Positions 36,814-49,410 of a DNA stretch of 64,000 bases are shown piece after piece (position 1 is the first letter of the stretch; every line of letters begins with the position of its first letter). Below the pieces are notes generated by a model. It did not search any database. It was not told the DNA's origin and saw only the letters and a program-made list of their open reading frames with translations. The stretch is from contig CM000153.2 of the NCBI GenBank assembly GCA_000004695.1, positions 5,280,001 to 5,344,000 of the forward strand, given 5' to 3'. A program made the position numbers and the translations under genes. Origin of the DNA: Dictyostelium discoideum. Its lineage: Eukaryota.

Positions 36814-39287
36814 TTAATTTATTTTTATTAACTCCCTGAGTTGTTCAATTGCTTGATTTACCATATCACTGTAAACACTGCACACAATTGAATTTTTTCT
36901 AGCTTTGTTACCTCTGGTGCATTTGATGTTTTTGCATTTTCCTTTGTATACAAAAAAGTCCAAATATAATTCGTTTTCTATTACAGTTTTTACACAATGT
37001 TGGTGAAATTGTTTTGATTTTAAGTGGAATGTTGGTAACATCATATTTGGATTTTTAACGATTAAAGCATCACCACTATTGACATATAGTACTTTGGGGG
37101 CTTTTTGGAGGAATTTAGTCAAATTTTCCTCTGAATCTAACTAATCTTCATTGCCATATTCAATGGATAAATTTTTTAAGAGTTGTATCGAATATATTAA
37201 TTAAGCGATCATTCTTTTTTTTTGAAATTTTTTTTTAATCAGATTTAGCAATTTTTTTTTTTTATCAAGTTTTTTCAATTTTTAATAAGTAATATTTTTT
37301 TTTATTTTTAATTATTTGTGTTAACAAATGTAATTTTTTTTTATTGATTTCAACACTTTGTTTTTATTTAATAATTTCCCCATACCCCCTTCTATTAATG
37401 CAACCAAATCAAGTTCTAATTTTTGTGTCCTTGTTGACTTTGTTTTTGCAACTTTTTTTGAAGGTATCACATTAACGATTTTTCCTATTGATGGTGATTT
37501 GGAAGGTGATTTAAATGGTGATTTAAATGGTGAATTGGAAGGTGATTTAAATGGTGAATTGGAAGGTGAAATGGATGGTGATTTGGAAGGTAATTTAAAT
37601 GGTGATTTGGAAGGTGATTTAAATGGTGATTTAAATGGTGAATTGGAAGGTGAAATGGATGTTGATTTGAGAGGTGATTTGGATGTTGATTTGAGAGGTG
37701 ATTTGGATGGTTTAGAATGTGATTTTAAAGGAGGTTTATTAACAATTGGTATCTTATGAGGACGGCCTCTGAGACGTTTAACAGTTGTTACTATACCACT
37801 ACCAGATTGTGGTATAGTATATGATGGTATTATTTGCACTTGAGGTATTGGTGGTACTATTTCTTTTAAATTCATATCCTTTCTCAAACAATTCATTAAA
37901 TTTGGCGCTGTTGGATTATTATTTAAAAATGGGAGTATTTCTTCTTGTTCCATTTCATTATTGAGTTTGTGTTGAAATGGATTATCGTTAATGATAGGTG
38001 GAATATTTGATGGATTGTTAAGAGCATCTTCCAAAACCCTAAATGGATCATTTTGTGTTACCAATTGATGCAAGTTGAAATTGGATAAATCCTTACCAAG
38101 ATTTTTAATAAACTGAACCAGAAATTCAATAACTTTCCCATCATTATTTAAATAAAGACCAGAAGTAAAAGAATCAATATCTTTTTGTATGTTTGGCGAT
38201 GTTCTAAAAATATCAACTGTTGATTGTTTATAAAGAACCAACTTGTTACCTCCTACAAAACCAGAGTATAAACCTTTTTTTTGAAGGCTATTGATTCCAT
38301 CTTCCAAAAATTCAAGTTTATAAAGTTGTTTAGTGTCTTCCTGTATTACCTTATGAATTTTACACAAAATCAATATTTTCTATTAGAATTAAATATAAAA
38401 TTTGTTAATTATTACTGTTTCATATATTATTAATCTTTATGTTTTAATTACTTACATTATTTTTTTTAATTTCTAGAAAGAGTACAGTATCACCAACTTT
38501 CAATCCCTTTGGTGGTTTTGAATTCCATTGATTTTGGTAACTTGTGAGATTTTCAAGAATAATAGCTGTTATTTCTTCTTTTGAAACATCTGAAACACCA
38601 ATTGATTGAGAGTCTTGTTCTGATTGCACATTAATAAACAAAGGTACAATACCAACAGCTTGAGATGGTGTCATTTTAATTGTTCTTGTTTTTGTATTAT
38701 TGTAATCATACAAAGCTTGTTTTAATAGTTCAGAAAGAGACCTAGAAGTACCATCAAGAAAACTAAAATTTATTTATAAATGATTAATTAATAAACATAT
38801 CGATAATTTATATTGTTCAAAATATCATACTCTTGTTGTTTTAATTTTGAGATCCTCTCCTTGATAGTTCGATTCAATCTTTCTACCATACCTTGAGTTG
38901 TTGGTGTACGAGGAGCTCCATGTGCTGACTTGGAGCCTGGAAAAAGTTTTAGGAATTCTTTTTGGACTTTGTTTTTAAATTCACGTCCATTATCGCAGTG
39001 CCATACTTTCACAGAGTTTTAATATAAAAGTTACAAAACATCATATAAAAAATGATTGATACCAAACCTTTTATTCTATTTCGTTGGCAAATGTCACACG
39101 TATCTACTGCATCAGATACAAAAGAATACAATCCCATATTATAATATTTAGTCTTGTAGTTCCCATAGGTTGCATCTCTTCCTATATGACCTTTATGCAT
39201 TTCTTCCCAGAGTGATACCATTCTATAATCATTAATTACTTCTAAACACACTTCTTTTGATATATTTCTATCTCCGCCACAATTCAT
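36814..39287 (-). CDS. Transposon-encoded integrase/transposase region: H2C2 zinc finger + rve DDE core + C-terminal region with AT-hook/SP[LF]K repeats, split over several ORFs (introns or decay).
   Basis: ORF 39009..39287 carries HKGHIGRDATYGNYKTKYYNMGLYSFVSDAVDTCDICQRNR (integrase H2C2). ORF 38788..39012 carries DNGREF...GAPRTPTTQGMVERLNRTIKE (rve core motif). ORF 37321..38373 has RLRGRPHKIP (AT-hook-like) and SP[LF]KS repeats. Further ORFs 38444..38713 and 36814..37122 lie on the same strand. Confidence 0.6.
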
Positions 39288-39652
39288 GACTTTTTTTTCA
39301 ATTCTAAATAATTTTTCTTTTCTGTTTCTGTTTTTTATTGGTCAGAATTTAAAAAATGATTGTGTTATGGTAAGGAAAAATATTTACTCATCATGTAAAA
39401 ATTTATAATTTTTATGTTTAGTATTTTCAAAATTATTATCTTCAATAAATTTTAAATAATTTATCTTGTTTCATTTTGGGAAAATGAAAATAAAAAAAAA
39501 AAAAAAAAAAAAAAAAGTTTTGTTGGGGAAAAAAAAAAAAAATTTTGGCGCAAAAAAAAAAAAAAAAAATAAAATAAAAAAAAAAAAAAATAAAATAAAA
39601 AAAAAAAAATAAAAAAACTTAAATAGAACTAATAATCAAATAAAAGATAATA

Positions 39653-39797
39653 ATTTAATAAACTTTATTTGTTTTTTGAAAAAAAAAAAAATTTAGGGTC
39701 AGTGATTTTTTTTTTTCACTACGCTACTGTAGTGAAATTAAATAATAAAATTCACTACGCTACTGTAGTGAAATTTTATTGAAAATTCCCTACAACA
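39653..39797. repeat. Terminal inverted repeat (right) of the transposon
   Basis: Reverse complement of 36437..36582 with two mismatches. Confidence 0.8.
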
Positions 39798-42700
39798 ATC
39801 ACCACCTGCAATATATTTATATTCAGTTTTATCATTTGGATCATTTTTTGTTGTTGTTGTTGTTTTTGCTGTTATTGGTAATAATTTTTCATCCATTTCT
39901 TTTTTCTTTTTATCTAATGAATCATTTATAATTTGATAAACCATACCAATTGAATTTGATTGAATTTGTTGAATTGTAATAAGATGTGGAGACCATTCTT
40001 TATCGACCCAATTCTTTAATTGTACTGTAATTAATGAATCAGCACCATAGTTTATCATTTTAATATTTGTATTAATTTTTGATGGATCAATTGAAAGAAG
40101 TTCAGAAACTTTGTTTAAAAATTTATTTTTTACATTTGTTGATGATGATGATTGATTGGTATCATTTTCCATTGATATTGAATTATCAACATTAATTGGA
40201 TTTAAAATGAAATCAAATTTTTGATGAAGTTTTTGTTTAAAACTTTTGAATAATGGCCAATTGAAATTATTAACAAATGCATTGGTTGGCATATTTGGAT
40301 TTTGAATTTGTAAATCTAAAGTACCCAATAATTGATTTGGTGATATTAATTCAACACCTTGACCACCTAGTACTGCTTCAACAAGTTTATGTCTTGAAAG
40401 ATAACCTCTATCACTTACACCACCAATGTTAATTGTAAATGATGGTAATCCAATTGATTTACGATATTGTGATAACGAATCCACTACACAACATGCTGAA
40501 ACATAACTACATTGATCAAATGAACCTAATACTGAAACTACTGATGATGCTAAAATGAAATTAATAATTTTCCAATCTCTTTTAATTGATAAATTATGTA
40601 AATTAACTGCACCAAACGTTTTTGCACTATGCGAAACATTTAAACTATTCATATCAATATCTTTAAGTTTTTTATTAATTTGTAAAGCTGCAAAATGAAA
40701 TATTGAATCAATATTTGTAATTGTTGGATTATCTTTTAAAACTTGATCAATTGTTTTATTAATTAAATTCCAATTACTAATATCACATTTTTTGAAATGA
40801 TATTTAATTTTATTGTTATTATTATTATTATTATTGTTGTTGTTATAATTCATTAAAAATTCTAATTCCCATTTTAATGATGATTTTGAAAGAATAATTA
40901 TATTTTCAACAGTTGAATTATATTTTGTTATCCATTTTAAAACTTCTAAAATTAAACCAGTTTGACCTGTAACCAATACATTTTTACCAAGATTTTTAAT
41001 TTTATAATCTGATTTTAATATTGAATAATCAATCATTGATTCTTTTTCAATTAATTTATCTATGATATCAGTATCATGTGAAATTACAATTTTACCAACA
41101 TGTTTTCTTTCTTTAATTGATTCAATTGATTTTTTAATATTTGAATTTGAAAATTCTGTAATTGGTATTAAAGCATTTAAAGTTTCATTTTCAATTGATT
41201 TTGAAATTGACTGTAATAATTTCTTAATTGTTGATTTTCCAACTTTTAAAATTTCAATACTATTATAACCAATATTATATCTATATCTACTATTATCAAT
41301 AAATTCATTTGGATTTAAATGAGTAGTTGTTAAATCTACAATTCTACCTTTTGGATTTAAACATTTAAAATTTGTATCCATAAATTCACTTGATAAAGTA
41401 TTAATAATTAAATCAACACCATGAGTTTCATAACCTAATTCAATTAATTTGTTTTTAATTTGTTTTTGATAATTTGTGTCTCTTGTTGAATAAATTCCAG
41501 TAATTAAATCACCATAGGTATTAATTAGATATTGTTTCTTTTCTTCTGATCCAACTGTAACAAATATTGGTGATGAATGATTATTTGATTTTAATATTTC
41601 CAATCCTGATAATCCAACACCACCAGATCCTGAATGAATTAATACTGATTCTTCATCTCTTAAATTACCAACATCATATAAACAATAAAGTGATGTTGAA
41701 TAAACTGCTGGAATTGAAGCTGCTTGAACATGTGTAATCTTTGATGGTTTATGACATGCTAATAATGAATCAATAATAATATGAGATGATGATGTTTCAT
41801 ATGCAATACCATAAACTTGATCACCAACTTTAAATTCTTTAGATGATTTAATTCCAACACGACTTACTACACCAGAAAAATCAAAACCAATACCAGCTTC
41901 ATTTACTTTTATCATTTCATTATATTTCAAATAATCTTTATAATTTATACCAGTTGCTTTAACTTTTACTTCAATTTCATATGGTTCTAAATCAATTTGT
42001 TTTGAATTTAATTGATATTCAAAATGTTCATCTAATTTTGAAACTAATTGATCTTGTTGTTTTGATAAATCATGATATGATTCAGATTTATAAGAATTCT
42101 TTAAATTTTTTAATTCTTTTTTATACATTTCAAAATAAACAGTACCACTATTTTTTATATAAAATTCTCTTTGAATATTATTTTTTGGATTAATTAAATA
42201 ATCAATGGTTTTGAATAAATCCAAATCATTTGTTAATGAATCTTTATCAAAATCCAATGTAAATAATTGTAAAGTTGGAATTTCATCAAAGTATCTTGCT
42301 GCACCTAAAACTGATGATGATAAATAATTACTTGATTGTGAATCACATGTAATTAAAACATGAGTACATTTTGATTTTAATTCATATAATTTTTGATTAA
42401 TTTGAACATATTCAAATGTTACTGATTTAAAGTTTTCCAATGTTAATTGTTCAATTGATTTAATAAAATAAATGATTGAATTATTTGTAATTGTTGTTGA
42501 TAATTTGTAAAATTCTTCAATTGTTGATACTTTTATTATTTTACAATTATTATAATGATTTTCAAATTTATTAATTAATTGTTGTTGTTGGAGTTGTTCA
42601 TCTTGATAACAATATAAAATTACTTGATCAAATGTGTTTATTGTTTTTGGTTGTAATTTTAATGATGGTTTTTGAGCTTGAATAATAATTGATTTAATAT

Positions 42701-42803
42701 CACTATCAGATATACTTGAAGATTTAATCATTATATCAGAATTGAAATTACAATTAACCAATAAGTTTTTCAATGATTCTTTATTATTTTCATTATTTAA
42801 TAG

Positions 42804-42868
<65 letters not shown>

Positions 42869-45800
42869 CATTTATTATTAAATAACCATTTGGTGTTAAA
42901 ATTTGATAAATTTGATTTAATGAATATTCAATATCTTTTGTTAAATTTGAAATATTTGAAACAATAATTAAATCATAATATGATGGATTTAATTTTTGTT
43001 TTTCTAATAATGAATTATCAACATCTAAACCTAATGAACGATAAAGAATACTTAAATAACCCTTATCTACTTTTGATAATTCTAATTTAGCATCTTTTAA
43101 AATTGATGAATTATTATCACTCCATGTATATTCAATATCAATTTCATAATGTGGATTTTCTTCGAGTAATGAATTGATTTCATTCAATAATAAAGTTGAT
43201 TTTGATAAATTATTACCACCAAATTCTAAAATTCTAAATTCCATCTTTCTATTAATTAATGGTTTAATAGTTTCTATAACAACATTTGGAATTAATAAAC
43301 CATCATCTACTTGATTATTTTGATAAATTGATTTAAATTCTAATGGTGATTGAATTTGTGAATCTTTTGATTGAAGATATGGTGTATAAATAAAATCAGA
43401 TGGAGTTTCAATTAATAATGGATCTTTAACTGGTGTTAATGATTTAACTACCAAGTTATCAACTTCAATGATAACAGTACCATCTTCTAACATAACAACG
43501 ATAGATGAAGAGAGTAAATCATCAGATGGAGATGATTTTAAAGTTGAATAAATAAAGATACTTGAATGTTCATCTCTATTTTTTGGAATATTTGAAGCAT
43601 AATATCTTAAACCTTCAACTTTATCTGTTACAATTTTACAATTCTTTTGAATGTATAGAATAACGGTACCATGGAAACAAGCATCAATGAGTGGACAATT
43701 GAAAAATGATTGTTCATCATGAAAGTTTTCAGGTAATTCTAAGGATATTTCAGTTAATGAACAATTATCACCAATATAACATTCAACTACTTTACTAAAA
43801 ATACCATAAAAGTTTGCACCCAATTGAGTTTTCATTAGTGAATAAAATTCATCCCATGGAATTGATGATAAATTACATTTTGTTTGTTTAATATCTTGAA
43901 TATCCAATTTTTGTTTTTCTTCATGATAATTATCATTACTATTTAAGTGGAAATTAGAATTTGAAGTATTTATCCATTGATTATTCATTTCATCTTTTAA
44001 ATGAAATTGTGCTCTATATTCACTTTTACCAGTTTGATAAACATTTGTTTGTAAACATTGCCCAATACCATCGGTTAATACAAATGGTACCTTAAATTCA
44101 ATTGAATTAATTGTTAAATCTTGATTTGGATATAATTTAAATATATTATCAATATAACCTGTTCCTGGGAAATAACATTTATCAGATACATTATGACCTT
44201 TTAAATATTTGAATGCATCTTTTCCAGTATCAATTATTGTTTGATATGATTTAATAAATGGATTTGAATCTTGCATTGAATTACCGAGAATTGAAATTGG
44301 TGGTCCAATTAAATTATTTTTATGTTCAATTGATTTATTTAACCAATAATGTTGATCATCCCATTGATATAATGGTAAATTAAAATTACTAATAGCCTCA
44401 ATATTGCTATTTATATTATTAAATTGACATTTAAAATTAATATCATAAGCATCATCACAAAATAATTGTGAAATTGATTTTTGAAATTCTTCAACATCAT
44501 TCTTTTTCTTGTGAAGTGTTGAATAAACTGATATTGATTCACCATTTCTAAAGTATTGTGATTGTTTTGGAATCATTTGTTTTAAATAAAATGATAATGT
44601 TGGATGTGGTGCAATTTCAATGAATACAATATTTGAACCGATTTGATTATCTTCAATATGTTTATATAAATTTGAAATTGTTTGAGTGAATGAAACTGGT
44701 TTTGAAATATTATCAAAGAAATATTCAGAATCAAAAATAGTTGATTCATTAAATAAATTTGATGTAACTGTTGAAAATGTTGGAATAACAGGTTGACTTG
44801 ATTGAATATTTAAATTTAAAATATCATCTTTAATTATATTTTGACTACTTGTATGAAAACTTGATAAACTTCCTAACATTGCTGAGAATATTTCTTTTTC
44901 TTTTAATTCTTTTGAAATTTCATTTAAAATTTGTTCATTACCTGCGATTACAATTGATGATGGTGAATTATAACATGCAATTTCAATAGTTGGGTAACGT
45001 GACATATAGTTAGTTTTATATTCATCTGAACTAATGTTAATTGATAACATTTTACCTGACCCATTTGTTCTTATTTGTAATGTTGATCTATGATAAATTA
45101 AATAACATAATTGGTCAATATCAATCATACCTGAACAATAAGCAGTTGTTACTTCACCAAGACTATGACCCAACATAAATGATGCTTTTATACCCCAATG
45201 TTTATAAAGTTCATATAATGATACTTGAATAATTACAGTTGATGGTTGTGCCATTGTTTGTTCATGAACTGAACATTTATCACTATCTTGAATTGCTCTT
45301 AATTTCTCTAAAATTGAATATCCAAAATAATTTTTCATTTTATTATCTAGCATATCCATCGAATTTCTAAATACTTTTTCATTTTTATATAATTCTAATG
45401 CCATTGTATTATATTGTGATCCTTGACCACAAAATACAAATACAGTTATTGGATTATTATTTTTATTTGTAATTGTAATATTTGAAGAAGTACTACTTGA
45501 AGTTTGATATTTAACTTGATTTTCAACATTATTAAAATCATTCCAATCTTTTGCAACAATTACTGATCTTTGATAAAGTGATGTTGATTTATTATAAATT
45601 TGATTTTTAACAAATTCTTCAAAACTATATTGTGATTCATATTCTTTATTTTCAATAATTAATGATTGATATTTTTTTAATGATTCAACTGAATTTGCTG
45701 AAAATGGAATTAAATAATTATTTATTTTTATATTATTATGATTATGATTATGATTATGATTATTATTATGATTATTTATATTATTATTTATAGTATTATA

Positions 45801-47230
45801 ATTAAATTGAGATAATACTAAACAACAATTTGAACCAGTTGCACCAAAATTATTAACAACCATTGAAGTATTTTTAAATTTATTAAATGGAATTGGTTCA
45901 GTTACAACTTTTAAATTCCATTCTTTAAATTTAATTGCTGGATTTGGTGTTTTAAAATGAATATTTGGTGCAAAACATTTGTTTTTATACATTAAACAAC
46001 ATTTGATTAATGAAGCAATACCAGAAGCAGCTTCACAATGACCAATATTTGATTTAAATGATCCAATTAATAATGGAGTATCAGTTGAACGAGTATCTTT
46101 AAAAACTTTTGAAATACCTTCAACTTCAATTGGATCACCAGTTGGTGTACCAGTGCCATGTGCTTCAACATAATCTATATCAGATGGTTTAACAGTTCCA
46201 TTGGTTGATTGAATTGCATTTTTTAAATTTTCAGATTGTGAAATTGATGATGGTGAATAGAAATTTGATTTATCAGAATAACCAATACCATCAACATTTG
46301 CACTTGCACCATTTATTGTACAATAAATTCTATTACCATCTTTAATTGCATCTTTTAAATTCTTTAAAACCACAACACCAATACATTCACTTCTTACATA
46401 ACCATCAGCTGATGCATCAAATGATTTACATCTACCATTTGATTTACTTAATATATTCAATGAAGAATATGCTTTAAAAAAGTAAGAGTCTAATAAAATT
46501 AAAAAATTTAATTAATAAATAAATATAAAGATAAAATTAAAAAAACTATTAAAAAAAAATACATACCAAGTAATATATTAACACCACCAACAATTGACAT
46601 TTTTGATTTTTTATTTTTGATTGAATCATATCCTAATGCGATTGCATTTAAAGATGATGAACATGCAGTATCTAGAGTTATTGAATTACCATGAAGATCA
46701 TAACAATAGGAGATTCTATTTGAAATCGCATGATTTAAACTTGAGAATACATTTGATTTTACTTCATTTTTATTGATATTATGATAGTCACTTTCGGTAC
46801 AACCAATGAAAACCGAAGTATCTGTACCTTTGATTGAAATTGGATCAATTAATGAATCTTCTAATGCTTCCCATGTACATTTTAATAATAATCTTTGAAT
46901 TGGGTCAATGGTTGGTGCTTCATTTGGATTAATACCAAAAAAGAGTGGATCAAATGATTTAACTTCATCCAATGGTAATAGTCCTGAATAATTATTTGCA
47001 ATTTCATGATTTTTGAAAAAGTTATCATTGAATCTTTCTGATGTTTTCACTACACCATCGAAACCATTTATTAAATTATTCCATAATGTTTGAGGTGTAT
47101 TGTTTCTTTCATTTTCAATACTTCCACTTGGTAATCTAAAGCCAACACCAACAATTGCAACTAAATTTTCTTCAACATGTTTATCATCAACTTGTAAAAT
47201 TTCTGCTTTATTTATTTTATTTTGTTTCAT
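39738..47230 (-). CDS. Iterative type I polyketide synthase (KS-AT-DH-cMT-ER-KR-ACP). Its C-terminus reads into the transposon TIR and stops there. Exons join(complement(46567..47230),complement(39738..46479)).
   Basis: KS: DTACSSSL (exon 1), [19 protein letters not shown]: [18 protein letters not shown]: [17 protein letters not shown]. cMT-like: [15 protein letters not shown]: [19 protein letters not shown]: [19 protein letters not shown]: [11 protein letters not shown]. The phase-1 intron (donor ctt g|gtatgt, acceptor ttttattag) splits GGVNILL | [24 protein letters not shown]. The final 8 codons ([17 protein letters not shown]) are encoded by the TIR. Confidence 0.85.
39798..39802. repeat. 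Target-site duplication ATCAC (right copy)
   Basis: Matches 36432..36436. Confidence 0.75.
42803..42868 (-). repeat. (CAA)n microsatellite encoding a 22-residue polyGln inside PKS1 (cMT/linker region)
   Basis: ttgttgttg... run on the plus strand. The protein reads [37 protein letters not shown] versus [19 protein letters not shown] in the paralog. Confidence 0.85.
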
Positions 47231-47639
47231 TATTTTTTATAAATAAATTATTAATTAATTTTTATTTTAATTGAGTGAAGGCTTTTTAAATAATATAAAA
47301 TAAAATAAAATAAAAAGAAAAGCTACTATTTAATTTTAAAACCAAATACTCTTTTATTTTTATTTTTTTTTTTATTTTTTTTTTTTATAATAATATAGTA
47401 TAGTAATAATACAAACCTTGATCTTATCATAATTAATAATGATAACAAAAAAAAAAATTTTATAAAGATTGGAGATAATGGTTATTAATATTAATAGTTA
47501 AATAAAAAACACTATAAAAGGATCCTTTATTTTTTTAGATAATATGGTTGTGGGGTCGTAAAAAAAAAAAAAAAAAAATAAATTAATGAAAAATAAAAAA
47601 AAATAAAAATTAAGTATTTTTTCTATAACAATTTAATAA

Positions 47640-47702
<63 letters not shown>

Positions 47703-47780
47703 TGATTAATAGTTAAAATTACCTAAATTTAGATATCAATTACCTGTTAAATTATAAAATTCCTCGAACATCCATTATTT

Positions 47781-47837
<57 letters not shown>

Positions 47838-48049
47838 TTCCTATAAATATCTCATTATTTTTTTTTTTGATTAATAAATTGATTATATTTTAGTAATGTT
47901 TAAAATTTTAAATATTTTTTTTAAAAAAAAAAAAAAAAAAAAACAAAAATTATTCATCTTTTATTTAACAAATTTAAACATTTTAAATATTTTTTTAAAA
48001 AAAAAAAAAATTAATTTTTTTTGGATGGATTTAAAAAAAAATTTTAAAT

Positions 48050-48886
48050 TTAAAAATATTTTTTTTTTATTCTTAATAATGGAGTATTATTATTAATATT
48101 AATAATTCCATCAGTACCATTTTCATAAGAAATTTTAAAAATTCCATTTGTATAGTAATAGAAACCTTCGTCGAATTTTAAAAAAAATACAAGACCAGTT
48201 AATATATTTGAAAATTCTACGAAATAATTTGCAGAATATTTCAATTGACCAACTGAAATTGGATTTAAATTAAAAGAGAAAACATTTACAAAATCATTTA
48301 AAGAATTTGTTTTTTCTTGATATATTAAAACACCATTTTCAGTTTCACTTTCAATGATTCTATATATTTTTGTATTATTTGTTAATTTTGGAGATTGACC
48401 AATTTCATTGCCAATTTCAATTGGAAAATAACAAGATAGAAAAGTGAAACAAGCATCAACCAAGTATTTTTTATTCTTAAATTCCATTACATTGCAATAA
48501 TGAAGTCCGATATTTGGGTATACCAAATTCTCTCCACCGTCAATTGCTTTAATTAATTGAACTTTTATTCCAAATTCTTGTAATAACATACCAAATAATA
48601 TATTATGGTTTAAACAAATATTGCCAACCTCTTTCTCTATCATTGTTTCAACAATATAATCCATATCGATTGTTGGTCCATCTTTTAAAACGTCAATATT
48701 ATTATATGGAAAATGTTCTGCAAATTTCACCATTAACAATTCAAAATCATCCAAACAATTTAATTGAAAATCAATTTCTAAATTTAATTTTGGTAATATA
48801 ATTTCTTTAAAATTATATTTTTTATTTGCTAATTTTAATTCTTCATAACTGAAATGTAAAAAATAGTCTTTGTCATTAATTTCCAT
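48050..48886 (-). CDS. Arylamine N-acetyltransferase (NAT)-family protein
   Basis: 278 aa. The NAT catalytic-cysteine motif region reads EKEVGNICLNHNILFGMLLQEFG (compare RGGWCLQVNHLLYWAL in human NAT). Downstream His/Asp region is HYCNVMEFKNKKYLVDACFT (compare HLLLQV...YIVDAGFG). The gene lies between the two divergent PKS genes. Confidence 0.6.
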   Translation of the reverse strand: MEINDKDYFLHFSYEELKLANKKYNFKEIILPKLNLEIDFQLNCLDDFELLMVKFAEHFPYNNIDVLKDGPTIDMDYIVETMIEKEVGNICLNHNILFGMLLQEFGIKVQLIKAIDGGENLVYPNIGLHYCNVMEFKNKKYLVDACFTFLSCYFPIEIGNEIGQSPKLTNNTKIYRIIESETENGVLIYQEKTNSLNDFVNVFSFNLNPISVGQLKYSANYFVEFSNILTGLVFFLKFDEGFYYYTNGIFKISYENGTDGIININNNTPLLRIKKKYF

Positions 48887-48896
48887 TTTTTTTATT

Positions 48897-48932
<36 letters not shown>

Positions 48933-49079
48933 CAAAGTATTGTTTATTTTAAATGAAATTATAATTAAATATAAAAATTAGAGGAATTAAATATATTTTA
49001 AGGGTATAATTTAATTTTTTAAAAATTAATTTATAAAAATTAATAATTTTTATAATAATACCCAAAATTATCTGTTGAT

Positions 49080-49121
<42 letters not shown>

Positions 49122-49410
49122 AACGAAAATCCCAAATTATTTATAAAAATGGTGTGTCATTGTTCGTGGATTCAGGACCCAAAAAATAAAATAATAAAAA
49201 AACAATTCAAGTTCCCATTGAGGAACTTGTTCTTAAATGGGTAATTTTTGAGAAAACTTTATTATTTTTATCAGATAATAGATATAATTTATCTTTTAAT
49301 TACTTTAATACCATTAAATTATTAATAATTTAAAAAAATAATATTATTTATTATTTCCTACACAATTTTAAAAATTAAAAAAACAATTATAAAAAAAAAA
49401 TTTTAAAAAT

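Larger units (their letters stand above)
36437..39797 (-). mobile_element. Tdd-4/Tdd-5-like (Ginger2/TDD superfamily) DNA transposon, 3361 bp, with ~146-bp terminal inverted repeats and a 5-bp TSD. Encodes an rve-type integrase with an H2C2 zinc finger.
   Basis: 36437..36582 is the near-perfect reverse complement of 39653..39797 (TGTTGTAGGGAATTTTC[C/A]ATAAAATTTCACTACAGTAGCGTAGTGAATTTTATTATTTAATTTCACTACAGTAGCGTAGTGAAAAAAAAAAATCACTGACC[T/C]TAAATTTTTTTTTTTTTCAAAAAACAAATAAAGTTTATTAAATT). Flanked by ATCAC on both sides. Internal minus-strand ORFs carry the integrase zinc-binding HHCC motif and the DDE core. Confidence 0.8.

Noticed and set aside
41062-42193. Small plus-strand ORFs inside PKS1 (41062..41268, 41981..42193, 42773..42967)
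   Set aside because: Antisense to a strongly supported PKS coding region. The last is the (ttg)n complement of the CAA repeat.
46508-46566. C-terminal tail of ORF 46508..47230 (...[18 protein letters not shown]) as coding
   Set aside because: This is read-through into the gtatgt intron. The KS continues in the next exon ([24 protein letters not shown]), exactly paralleling PKS2.
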